Source: an uncultured Anaerolineae bacterium (GTDB lineage: Bacteria > Chloroflexota > Anaerolineae > JAFGEY01). From it: a DNA stretch of 64,000 nt. The DNA lies in NCBI GenBank assembly GCA_964481205.1, contig CAYZYE010000003.1, positions 857-64,856 of the forward strand, written 5' to 3'. The notes under the pieces are model-generated. The model was not told the origin of the DNA. It saw only the letters and a program-made list of their open reading frames with translations, and searched no databases. A program made the translations under genes and the position numbers. Positions 39,559 through 48,541 of this stretch are shown piece after piece (positions within the stretch are counted from its first letter, which is position 1; each line of letters begins with the position of its first letter).

Positions 39559-40290
39559 CTATTGGCTTCCGGGCTGGGCAAAAGATTGGGGGATGCTGCC
39601 CCGATAAGCCGGGATCGTCATCGACTCGACACGGATGAACTCGAGCCGCAGGCCAAACCGGTCGGCGCGGGTTTTGATTTTGCGCAAATAGCCCGGATTG
39701 TGCAAAAAGTCTTGCAGCCGTACCACATCGCCGATGGCGTTGATCTGGTATGGCGGAGAGAGGCGCGTGTCGTTCACCAACACCGTCGCGCCGACGCAAT
39801 AGATTGACGAGTTGTTGACGATGCGTTCGCCGTTGACGGCAATGGCCTCGGCGCCGGCCATCCACAAGATATTGATCACATCGCGCAGGTCGTAATCGTG
39901 AACCAGGGCATTGTTGGCCTCGCCGCTGCCTGTCGTTGACGGCCCATCGTCCAGGATCACCTGGACGCCGGCGCCGCGAACGCCGGTCAACCCGGCATAC
40001 GCCTTTTGCAAGAGCAATTCGGCTTGTATCTCTTGCAGCATCAAGGTTTTGCCGGCCGCGTGCTGTTGCCGCTCGTCGAGTTCTCGGCGCAGGTCCGAGA
40101 TGACCCGTTTGAGTTCCTGCTGTTCCAATTCAAGCTGCTGAATGGTTTGCTCGATCTGATTGGGCGTGTGAAACCGCTGCGCGGCGGTCGTCGGCCACTG
40201 CACACTCACCAACACGCCGAGCAAAAGCGCGGCAATCAGCATCGAAATCTGTTTGGCTTTCACCGAATCCCTCTTGCGCCTGATAAACAA
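39559..40290 (-). CDS. DUF881 family protein (paralog), probable TTG start
   Basis: Same conserved blocks as the neighbouring gene. The first codon, read from the DNA, is TTG. Confidence 0.65.
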   Translation of the reverse strand: MFIRRKRDSVKAKQISMLIAALLLGVLVSVQWPTTAAQRFHTPNQIEQTIQQLELEQQELKRVISDLRRELDERQQHAAGKTLMLQEIQAELLLQKAYAGLTGVRGAGVQVILDDGPSTTGSGEANNALVHDYDLRDVINILWMAGAEAIAVNGERIVNNSSIYCVGATVLVNDTRLSPPYQINAIGDVVRLQDFLHNPGYLRKIKTRADRFGLRLEFIRVESMTIPAYRGSIPQSFAQPGSQ

Positions 40291-40320
40291 AAAAATGCAC
40301 CCAACGGTGCATTTTTTTCA
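40287..40320. terminator. Bidirectional A-tract/hairpin/T-tract terminator between the lipoprotein gene and the DUF881 gene
   Basis: AAAAAAA-TGCACC-CAAC-GGTGCA-TTTTTTT was read directly. Confidence 0.4.
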
Positions 40321-40342
40321 AACAAAGCGTCCATACAAAATG

Positions 40343-40858
40343 CTAGGGCTGGGTAATGAGCAGATCATAGTTTTTCTGATTGTCCAGCAGCCGGGTTTCG
40401 CCCGGTACGGGCAGCACGTGTACGCTCAAGTGATATTCATAGCTGAATGGAATGTCGGTGTCTTTGAAATGAAAGAGCTTGATTTCCCCCGGCGCGATGG
40501 CGTCGATGACGCCTTGTTTTTCCAAAAAGGGCTTTTCGTCCTCTTTGCTCAGTTGAACCTGGACGGTAATGTTTTGTTCTGCGCGGATCCCGGTGTTTTC
40601 TACGGCAACCAAAAGCGTGATTCCCTCTCCACGCTTCCTGCGCTCCATAATCTTGTCGTATTCCAGCGGTGGATCGAAATCGACGGCCAACACCGCCATC
40701 CCATGTTCTTCAACCTTGCTTTTTTCAGAATCCGTGTGCGATGCGGGAGCCGCCGGCGTGCGATCAACCACCTGGATTTTGATGCACCCACTTTGAGCGA
40801 TGGTTGCCAACACCAAGATCATGAACACGGCAATGTTCAATTTCTTGCTGGATGGCAT
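40343..40858 (-). CDS. Hypothetical lipoprotein
   Basis: The ATG at 40856-40858 has an AGGAGG RBS. Lipobox-like IAQSGC. No known domain. Confidence 0.5.
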   Translation of the reverse strand: MPSSKKLNIAVFMILVLATIAQSGCIKIQVVDRTPAAPASHTDSEKSKVEEHGMAVLAVDFDPPLEYDKIMERRKRGEGITLLVAVENTGIRAEQNITVQVQLSKEDEKPFLEKQGVIDAIAPGEIKLFHFKDTDIPFSYEYHLSVHVLPVPGETRLLDNQKNYDLLITQP

Positions 40859-41038
40859 ATCAACCTCCTGTGTAACGGTCTGGCCTATCGCCATCGAGAG
40901 TGTTGTCAGTCATATCGACGCAGCTATATGCTCACTTGGCACGTTGGCTTGCGCAAAACCCTCCAGACAGGCGAACCGCTACCCTAAAAACCCGAACGAT
41001 CATACTGACAATGATCATACTGCAAATAACCAGATTTG

Positions 41039-42223
41039 TCAAACCGGCGGCGATACGTGAAAATTGCGTGAATTTTTCCCCGCTTTGGGTTTGCCGATCA
41101 CCAGCAACTCGTGCGTGTGGTTGGCCTTGTACACGCGGTTTTCGCGATCGATGTCGGCGCGGAAGCGTTTGAATTTGATCCGCCGCAGCTCGACCCCGGT
41201 GCAAAATGTCTCAAACAGCGCCAACAGCCGGTCCTCGGCGAGCAGCCCCTCATTGTTGTACGAAAAGAGCACATAGTCCGAGTTGATTCGCTCAAAAAGC
41301 CGCCTGAATCCGGCCTCGACAGCGCCGCGCATACAAAACACGGATCGCTGCACCTGCGCGCTGCGCAGGCCGGTCACGCCGCGCGGCTCGAACCGCTCCA
41401 GGTCCCAGCGGGCGATCGTTTCCAGAACATGGTAATTGGCGGCATACTGGCGTTGGTTGTACGGCGGGTCAATGTAAATGAGGCGCAGTTGGCCGGGGTG
41501 AAAGAGATCGAGCAGCGCGGCACTGTCCCGGCAAAAAACACGGTGGTGTTCAGCGGTGTGATGAGATGGAATGGGCTGCAAAGCGATCATTTTGAGCGGC
41601 TTTTGCGCCGACTTTTTGATCTGTTTGAGGTACGCGCCGTACACCGACGCGGTGTTGGCCACGCGGTCGGCGGACTCGATCAGGCAGGCAACGAGCCACG
41701 CCTGATCTCGCGCCGAGATCAGCCCCTCGTCGCGCCATGCCTCGATCTGGTCACGGATGGCCTGGATGCGCAGCCCATTCTCTTGCGCATAGTACATTCG
41801 CCCCGCCGCGCCGCCCTGACAATAGGCCTCGTAAAACGGCCCGCGCCGCCCCGGCAGTTGGCTCAGGTAGCTCAAGACGCGCGTGCAGGGCAAATCATCG
41901 ACCGGCGCGCCCCGGTTGTCGATCGAATAAGCGAGAATGTCGTCCAGGGGAACGCCAGAGACGCGCTTGCGCCAGCGCGGGTCGCGCAGCAACGTCTCAA
42001 AAGCCGGAAACGCATTGTGCTCGATCAAGGCGACATTGGTCACATACGAGTAATATTGCCAGTCGTTGGCAAAAGTCATGTGCCCGCGTCGCTTGAGCAG
42101 CTGGGCGACCGCGCCCGTCCCGGCAAAGAGATCGAGGGCCGCGCCGTCGCGCGGCACGCCGTACTCGTCCAACGACCGTTCGATTTCGGGCAGCAAACTG
42201 TATTTTGAGCCGATATAATTCAT
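41039..42223 (-). CDS. Dam-family (D12 class, alpha group) N6-adenine DNA methyltransferase, orphan
   Basis: Motif X MNYIGSKYSLLP, motif I LDLFAGTGAV, motif IV IYIDPPY. No adjacent nuclease-like gene. Confidence 0.8.
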   Translation of the reverse strand: MNYIGSKYSLLPEIERSLDEYGVPRDGAALDLFAGTGAVAQLLKRRGHMTFANDWQYYSYVTNVALIEHNAFPAFETLLRDPRWRKRVSGVPLDDILAYSIDNRGAPVDDLPCTRVLSYLSQLPGRRGPFYEAYCQGGAAGRMYYAQENGLRIQAIRDQIEAWRDEGLISARDQAWLVACLIESADRVANTASVYGAYLKQIKKSAQKPLKMIALQPIPSHHTAEHHRVFCRDSAALLDLFHPGQLRLIYIDPPYNQRQYAANYHVLETIARWDLERFEPRGVTGLRSAQVQRSVFCMRGAVEAGFRRLFERINSDYVLFSYNNEGLLAEDRLLALFETFCTGVELRRIKFKRFRADIDRENRVYKANHTHELLVIGKPKAGKNSRNFHVSPPV

Positions 42224-42261
42224 GGTTGCCCGTTCTGCTTGCCCACGAGGGGCGACGGCCA

Positions 42262-42430
42262 GGGCTGTTCAATTCTACAATCCAGCGGTTGAAACCGCGT
42301 TGGGTGAGCCGTTGGCTGGTCGTCCCCCTACGGCGACGAGTCCTCACCAGCGGTGGCGTCCACGCAGGTGGGACGCCCGGCCTTGGCCCGCCAGCGGTGA
42401 CTTTAGTCACAAATTAGAATTGAACAGCCC
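42262..42430. repeat. MITE-like element copy B (inverted; carries a 44-bp internal insertion relative to copy A)
   Basis: The reverse complement is identical to copy A apart from the insertion CGGGCCAAGGCCGGGCGTCCCACCTGCGTGGACGCCACCGCTGG. Confidence 0.8.
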
Positions 42431-42457
42431 TAGGGCGACGGCGCAGCCGGCCTTGTA

Positions 42458-45400
42458 TTACCGACCTGGTTTCTTGATCACGCGGATGTGCGCCGGCTCG
42501 CGCCGGGTGATCGCGCCCGGATTGGCGAGGTCAAACGCCCAGGTGGGCTGCGTTTGAACGGCGGCGACCATCACGCCCTGGAGGTGATAGTGAAAATTCA
42601 ACGGTTGTTCTGCCGACAGGTTGGTCAGGTAGACCCGCATCTGCCCGCCGGCCTGCCTGTAACCGGCAATGACGTTTTCCTGGAGCAGACGATCCCACTC
42701 GGCGGAAATGAGCGCCGCGCCCGGCGGCAGTCCCAGATTCAGGACGACGAGCGGCGCGACGCCGGGGCGGTTGAGCATCACACCGACGGTGGCGGTGATC
42801 GTCTCGCCCAAACCCATCGCGGCGCGATCAAAACTGTACGCCAGCGAGACGACCTCTTCTTCCGGCGAGGGCAGTGGCGCCTGCGACCAGGGCAAAACGT
42901 ACCCGGCAACCAGTTGGTAAAAGATCGGCCCGCCCTGCACCTCGATCCTGACGTCATTGTATCCCTTGGCCAAATCGTCAAAATTGAAAACATAGACGGT
43001 CACGGCTTTGTCGCTTCCGGCCGGGATGGTCACGCTTTCCGACAGATCGACCTTGTCCGAGCGGAGCGCCCCGACCGCAACGCGGACGGTCGCTGCTTGC
43101 GACGGTTGCGCGTCTTGCCATCCGGCGTCGACGGCGGCGGCCAGCGCACGCAGCGCCCAATGGGTCGCCGTCGGCGATCCCCAGGCCCCAAAAGCGTCGC
43201 GGCTGTAGGCCAGCGCGGCCAACCCCTGCCGCGCCGCGTCCACATCTGGCCTTGCGCGCAACAAGGCCCAGACCGCCAGCGCGGTTTGCTCGACCTCGGC
43301 CGCTGCCCCCACTGCGCCGTCAAAGGTTGGCAACCCGCTGCGCCAGATGGCCCGATCCTCGTCCATTTCGGCCATCTCGATCAAGCGCGAGACGGCGCGT
43401 GCGAGAACGGCGTCGTCGATCTCGCCATCTTGGGTCGAATCGCCGGCCGCCGCCCGGTAAGCGACCAGCGCGTGAACGGTCAGCGCCAGCGTATAGGCGT
43501 CTTGCGCCTGATCGGCATAGCGCGCCAAATGCTCGACCGCGGATTTTGTCGCCGGCGCGCCGCCATAACCGGCGTCGATCAGCGCCCAGGCGATATAAGC
43601 GGTAAAAGGCAACTCGGGGCGAGGCAGCCGCTCCCAACCGGGTGGCAGCGTTGCCGCGCGCCACATGCCGCCGGGGGTTTGGCGCTCGATCAACCACCGC
43701 GCGGCGTGATCGACGACCTGCGGATCGACCCAGGTCAGCCCGGCCAGGTCGGAAAGGCAAAACAATGTGGACGCCGTTTGCACCAGGTCGCCGTCGCCTC
43801 GGCCAAGGAGCGAAAACCCGCCCGCCCCGGCCTCAAAAGCCAGCAAATGTTGATAGTTGGCCGCGGCCGCGCGTTTGATCTGCGCGTCGAGGGGCGGGGA
43901 CAGCCTGCCGCCGGCGGCCAGGCGATCGCGCAGCAGCGCCAGATGCCGGGTTTCGGCCACCAGGTGGGTGAGGGTGTCGCCGGAAAAAGTCGTCGGGTAG
44001 AGCGCCGGCGTGGAGACCTGCGTCGGCGAAAACACCTGATGAGACACCCAGCGATCCAAGTTCTTGTGCGCCAGCGCGCTTTGCAAACCCTCTTGCAACA
44101 TGCTCGCCCAACCGGGATAAATTTTGACGGCGATCAAGGCTGTGTCCGGGCGCGCGCTCCAGGGAATACGAATTTTGTACGTGTCCGTCTCGCCGGTTTG
44201 CCGGTTGTAACGACGGACGATGGGTTTGCCGTCGGGCAAGACGCGCACCGGGTGGGTGATCACCCGACCGGCGACGGAAGCAGTGATCTCGATACTTTGT
44301 TGCCCCGGCTGGCGCGCCGAAAGTGGCGCAACAAGCGCGCCCACACCGAGAGGGGGCAGTTGAATCACCTGTGGCTCGATCTCTGGAAACAGCGGCGCGG
44401 CGTGTGCGTTCTGGGCGATGGTGAGATGAATCGTTTGTGAAACCGCCGCGTGGTTCCGAATCATGATCGGCGCGGCCAATTCGTCGCCGGCGGTGAGCGT
44501 ATCTGGAAGTAAAGCATCAATGCTCAACGGTGTATAGACATTCAACTCGATCTGCGCAACGCCTTGCTCGCCCTGCCGGGTCGATGCCAGGACGACAAGG
44601 CGCGAGGTCGCGTCGACGGGTATGTCAAGCGCGGCCTTGCCCTGCTCGTCGGTGACGGCCGGCTGCCAATAGAGCGTTTCCCAGCCGGGGCGAGGAGCGG
44701 CCCACAAAGTTGTCAGAGACTGCGCCGGCGGCAGGGCAACGGTTCCGGCGAATGGCGGCGGCGCGTCCGCTTGCACGGCGCTGAGGTCGATGTCCAGATC
44801 GGGAATGGGCGGCTGCTCGACATGCGCGGCCTGGGCCGATAGCACGACGCCGATCGCGCCGGCGATCAGCAGGCACATGGCCGCAAACGCGGCGCCGGCG
44901 GCGACCGGCGCGCGGCGGCGCCGCAGTCCCAAACCCAAGATGTACAGACTCGTCGAGGCGAGGACGAGCGCCGACAGGAACGCCGCGCTGTGCTGCGCGC
45001 CGGGCATACCGTCCTGGGCCAGCGTCTTGCACAATCCCCAACCGAGCGCCAGAGCTGCGACCAGCAGCGCCGGTACGGTTTGCGCCCAGCCGTCGCGTCG
45101 ATCCCAGCCAAAGACGGCGAGCGCCGTCAGGATGCCCAACCAGCTCAAGCCCAGGACAAGGGCGAACCCCGGGCCAAAGAGGAGGGGGCCAAAATGAGCC
45201 ATCAATATCGCGCCCAGCGCCGCAAAAGGAAAAACCAGGAGGCCGCCCGGCGCGTTTTTGAGCCAAAAGCCGGCCGTGGGCGGCGATTCGAGGCGCCGCG
45301 TTTGCAGCAACACGACGAGCGACAGCAGTGCGGCCAGCCCGGCGAGGGCAACGACCAATCGCGCGGACAGAAAGACGTATTGTGCGCGGCGGTGGGCGCG

Positions 45401-47419
45401 CGCGGCAGCGACGCCGGAAAACTGGCGTTTGATCTGCGCCGGCGCCGGCTTGGGGCGGCTGAGCACGCCGGCGCGGCGGATCGAGATGCGCGGCGGCGCA
45501 CTCGCGGCGCGGCCGGCGGGGTCGAACCACATCTGGGGCGGTTCGGACCGCGTTGGCAGCATGCGATCTGTCGCGCCGATGACGGCCACACTCAACGCGC
45601 CGGGGACGCCCGGCCCTGTGGCGCGGGTGATTTGCAGATCAATGATCGCCCTCTCGCCCGGCGCATAGACCTGCCGTCCGGCTTGAATATGAACGTTGAT
45701 CCGGCGAGCGGGGAGGATGGATATGGGTCTGGCATCCTGTACCAATGAGCCGTCGGCGAGCAAGGCATAAGCGTGCAGGATGAGCGCGCCCGGCGGCGCG
45801 GCGTCGATCGTAAAATGGCCGTGTCCGTCGATACAAGACGTATCATACGTGGCGAACAATGTCCCGGCACTGAACAGATCGAGGTACAGGGCGGGCGCAT
45901 CATTTGGGGCCAAGAGATCGACCTCGATCTTGTCGCCCTGGTCATAGACCGTTTTCGTCGGGCGGAGCAGCAGGTGAAACAGCCCCGGTTCGATGCTCAG
46001 GTTGGCCGTCGCCGCCCCGGTTTGGCCGTCTGCGCTCTGCGCCGTCACCTGCAAAGTGATCGCCTGGTCGCCGGCGGGAAGGTAATGCCATTGCGCCAGG
46101 CCGTCGGAATCGGTTTCCAATTCGACTTGCGCGCCGTTGGCAGCGACCGTCAGTGTGCAACGCGCGGGGCGTCCATCGAGAGTCATAGCGCGCAAATAGA
46201 CAATGTTGTCGAGGCCGGGTTTGAGTTGCGTGCTCTCGGCAAAAACACGAATGTCGATCGCTTGCGCGGCGATGAGGCGTTGGACGCGGCGCTCGACAGC
46301 GCGCCACCCGTCGGGCGTCACGGCCTGGACTGCCAATGTCAGGGCGGTCTGCCCGCGTCCCTGGGCGGCGGGCAGGTCAAAGGCAAAGGACAACGCGCCG
46401 GTCTCGCTGCCGGTTGCAGCAATGGGGGGCAGGTCTTGCGGCGCAGCGCCTTGAATTTGCGGCCGGATGAGGAACTGGGTGCCAGAAATGGGACGTTTCC
46501 AGCGATCGGCGGCCTGGACCGTCCCCTGAACGCGCTGCCCGTACAGGTAATAAGGCCGGTCAAGTTGAATGTCCAGGTATATTAAAGGTGGTGTATCTAG
46601 TTCGACATCGACAAGCTGTTCGGCAGTGATCGGCGCCAGATCGCCGGCGTTCAGGGCGGCGACAACGCGGTACGCGCCGGGGCTGATCTGCTCGGCCAGA
46701 GCAAAAGAGGCCGTCGCCAGGCCGTATTCGGTGGTGGTGAGCGTTTCGCTCCACAGCAGGTTTTCCCTGGCGTCGAACAGCGACCAGGTCAGAGGGCAGC
46801 CGGCCAGCGGCGCGCCGGTCATCTCGTCGCCGGCGAACAGACGCACATAGATCGATTGCCCAGGATGATAGCGGACATTGTCGGTGTTCAGGTCGAGGCG
46901 GAGGCGACGTTCGATGACGACGGGCTGGATGACTTGTTGTGCGCCAACCGGCCCCGCGACATCAACGACCAGATTGTACTGCCCCCGGGCGTTGGCCGGT
47001 ACGTCGAAATGCGCCAGCGCCGTGCCCTGGGCGCCGGTCTGGGCGACAAAGATCGGATCGGGCACGCTGCCCCCGTCGAGCGGCGACAGCGCCACGCGCA
47101 TTTCGGCGCCGGGGAGCGGCCGGCCGGCGCCGGGGTCATAGAGGATGGCGCGGATCGATCCTGGCGCGCCGGAGGTCAAGGCGTTCGAGCCGATGACGAG
47201 CAGCTCTTGGCGGTCGGGTGGCGCCGGTGTGTAGGCCGGCAGGGGCGGGTTGGGCAGTGAGGCGGCGTCGCGCAGCGGCCACAGCGCCCACGCTGTCATG
47301 GCGAGGACGGCCAATTGGAGATAGATGAATCGTCCTCGCCAAAAAAGGCGCAGGCTGCGTTTCCAGAGTGAGGGGTTGTGGTTGGTGGGTTCAGGGTTCA
47401 TGGTATAAACTTGCGACAA
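42458..47419 (-). CDS. Alpha-2-macroglobulin-like giant envelope protein with internal multi-TM insertion (thioester-less)
   Basis: N-terminal signal anchor and repeated MG-like beta-sandwich segments. A C-terminal alpha/alpha-toroid TED-like region. No CxEQ thioester was seen. About 6 hydrophobic helices lie at residues ~690-880. Confidence 0.6.
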   Translation of the reverse strand: MSQVYTMNPEPTNHNPSLWKRSLRLFWRGRFIYLQLAVLAMTAWALWPLRDAASLPNPPLPAYTPAPPDRQELLVIGSNALTSGAPGSIRAILYDPGAGRPLPGAEMRVALSPLDGGSVPDPIFVAQTGAQGTALAHFDVPANARGQYNLVVDVAGPVGAQQVIQPVVIERRLRLDLNTDNVRYHPGQSIYVRLFAGDEMTGAPLAGCPLTWSLFDARENLLWSETLTTTEYGLATASFALAEQISPGAYRVVAALNAGDLAPITAEQLVDVELDTPPLIYLDIQLDRPYYLYGQRVQGTVQAADRWKRPISGTQFLIRPQIQGAAPQDLPPIAATGSETGALSFAFDLPAAQGRGQTALTLAVQAVTPDGWRAVERRVQRLIAAQAIDIRVFAESTQLKPGLDNIVYLRAMTLDGRPARCTLTVAANGAQVELETDSDGLAQWHYLPAGDQAITLQVTAQSADGQTGAATANLSIEPGLFHLLLRPTKTVYDQGDKIEVDLLAPNDAPALYLDLFSAGTLFATYDTSCIDGHGHFTIDAAPPGALILHAYALLADGSLVQDARPISILPARRINVHIQAGRQVYAPGERAIIDLQITRATGPGVPGALSVAVIGATDRMLPTRSEPPQMWFDPAGRAASAPPRISIRRAGVLSRPKPAPAQIKRQFSGVAAARAHRRAQYVFLSARLVVALAGLAALLSLVVLLQTRRLESPPTAGFWLKNAPGGLLVFPFAALGAILMAHFGPLLFGPGFALVLGLSWLGILTALAVFGWDRRDGWAQTVPALLVAALALGWGLCKTLAQDGMPGAQHSAAFLSALVLASTSLYILGLGLRRRRAPVAAGAAFAAMCLLIAGAIGVVLSAQAAHVEQPPIPDLDIDLSAVQADAPPPFAGTVALPPAQSLTTLWAAPRPGWETLYWQPAVTDEQGKAALDIPVDATSRLVVLASTRQGEQGVAQIELNVYTPLSIDALLPDTLTAGDELAAPIMIRNHAAVSQTIHLTIAQNAHAAPLFPEIEPQVIQLPPLGVGALVAPLSARQPGQQSIEITASVAGRVITHPVRVLPDGKPIVRRYNRQTGETDTYKIRIPWSARPDTALIAVKIYPGWASMLQEGLQSALAHKNLDRWVSHQVFSPTQVSTPALYPTTFSGDTLTHLVAETRHLALLRDRLAAGGRLSPPLDAQIKRAAAANYQHLLAFEAGAGGFSLLGRGDGDLVQTASTLFCLSDLAGLTWVDPQVVDHAARWLIERQTPGGMWRAATLPPGWERLPRPELPFTAYIAWALIDAGYGGAPATKSAVEHLARYADQAQDAYTLALTVHALVAYRAAAGDSTQDGEIDDAVLARAVSRLIEMAEMDEDRAIWRSGLPTFDGAVGAAAEVEQTALAVWALLRARPDVDAARQGLAALAYSRDAFGAWGSPTATHWALRALAAAVDAGWQDAQPSQAATVRVAVGALRSDKVDLSESVTIPAGSDKAVTVYVFNFDDLAKGYNDVRIEVQGGPIFYQLVAGYVLPWSQAPLPSPEEEVVSLAYSFDRAAMGLGETITATVGVMLNRPGVAPLVVLNLGLPPGAALISAEWDRLLQENVIAGYRQAGGQMRVYLTNLSAEQPLNFHYHLQGVMVAAVQTQPTWAFDLANPGAITRREPAHIRVIKKPGR

Positions 47420-48140
47420 AGCCTGTGCCCCGGTAGATCGGGGCGATGCGCCACAAGTCGATTTGGGCGCAGAAATGGACGTCTTGATCGTAGCCCAGGT
47501 CGATCAATCGCGACGCTGCTTTCGAGGAGAGGAACAGTTCCAGGCTGGTCGCGGCGTCGACGGGCGGCAATGGCGTTTTTGTCGCCGCACCCAGGGCAAC
47601 AAGTCGATGCGCGATAATGTTTAGTGAAAAGGTATCTTCGATGGCCGGTCGTTCGCCAATGCCCGCAGCGACCAGGGTGATGGCGCTGCCGCGCGCGCGC
47701 GCCAGGTGCAGCGCAGTCCGGGCGACGGCAGCGGCGTTGACCAATGCGCCGGTCAGCACCGCCGCCGCGCCCTGGAGCGCGGCATGGGTGCAGCGCGTGC
47801 CGTTCGATGTGGTCAGCACAAGTGTCTTGCCGGCGATCTGGCGGCGATTGGCCCAGATTTCGGTGGGCGAGTTGCCAAAGTGCAAGTTTGGCACTCGGAC
47901 CCCGCCGCGTTCGCCGGCGACGATTGTGTCCGGGTCGGTCAGATAGGCCGAGGCTTGCTCGACGGTCAGCGCCGGGATGACTGCCGTCGCGCCGGCGGCC
48001 AGCGCGGTGGGGATGGTGGCGCTGGCGCGCAGGGCGTCAATGATCACGACGACATCGCCCCGCGCCGCGCCGCGTTGTGCCCCCGCCGCGCCCAACTCGC
48101 TCCAGACATGGATCGCGTCTCGGTGTGCGCTCATTTTCAC
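47391..48140 (-). CDS. comB: 2-phosphosulfolactate phosphatase family protein
   Basis: The N-terminal VVIIDALRASATI and full-length collinearity match the ComB family. Confidence 0.75.
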   Translation of the reverse strand: MKMSAHRDAIHVWSELGAAGAQRGAARGDVVVIIDALRASATIPTALAAGATAVIPALTVEQASAYLTDPDTIVAGERGGVRVPNLHFGNSPTEIWANRRQIAGKTLVLTTSNGTRCTHAALQGAAAVLTGALVNAAAVARTALHLARARGSAITLVAAGIGERPAIEDTFSLNIIAHRLVALGAATKTPLPPVDAATSLELFLSSKAASRLIDLGYDQDVHFCAQIDLWRIAPIYRGTGFVASLYHEP

Positions 48141-48535
48141 CCGGCCACGATTTTGATCGCTACCCGGCGGGTGCGCGGCCCGTCAAATTCGGCCAAATAG
48201 ATGCCCTGCCACGTTCCCAGCGCGAGCCGCCCGTCGAGCACGGGCACAAAGTGGGCAAAGCCGGTCAGGCTGGCTTTGATGTGCGCCGCCGAGTTGCCCT
48301 CTAGATGTTCGTATCCGTCGCGCCAGGGGACGATTTTGTCCAATTCGCGGAGGATGTCGGCGCGGACGGCGGGGTCGGCGTTTTCATTGATCGTCAGCCC
48401 GGCGGTGGTGTGCGGGACAAAGATGTAGCAGATGCCCTGCCGGATGCCGCATTGCGAGAGGACGCGCTGCACCTGGGAGGTGATGTCGACAAGGCAGGCG
48501 TGGGCCGGCGTGGGCACCGATATTTGTTCGAGCAT
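48137..48535 (-). CDS. YjbQ/UPF0047 family (secondary thiamine-phosphate synthase-like) protein
   Basis: HTTAGLTINENADP...GTWQGIYLAEFDGPR conserved blocks. 132 aa. Confidence 0.8.
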   Translation of the reverse strand: MLEQISVPTPAHACLVDITSQVQRVLSQCGIRQGICYIFVPHTTAGLTINENADPAVRADILRELDKIVPWRDGYEHLEGNSAAHIKASLTGFAHFVPVLDGRLALGTWQGIYLAEFDGPRTRRVAIKIVAG

Positions 48536-48541
48536 CGTGGT

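Noticed and set aside
41111-42208. 365-aa plus-strand ORF
   Set aside because: It is antisense to the Dam methyltransferase gene, which has canonical motifs.
42488-44440. 650-aa plus-strand ORF
   Set aside because: It is antisense to the A2M-like gene. Arg/Gly-rich artefact.
42458-47419. Thioester (CxEQ) site in the A2M-like protein
   Set aside because: I searched the translated sequence and found no CxEQ motif, so it is called thioester-less.
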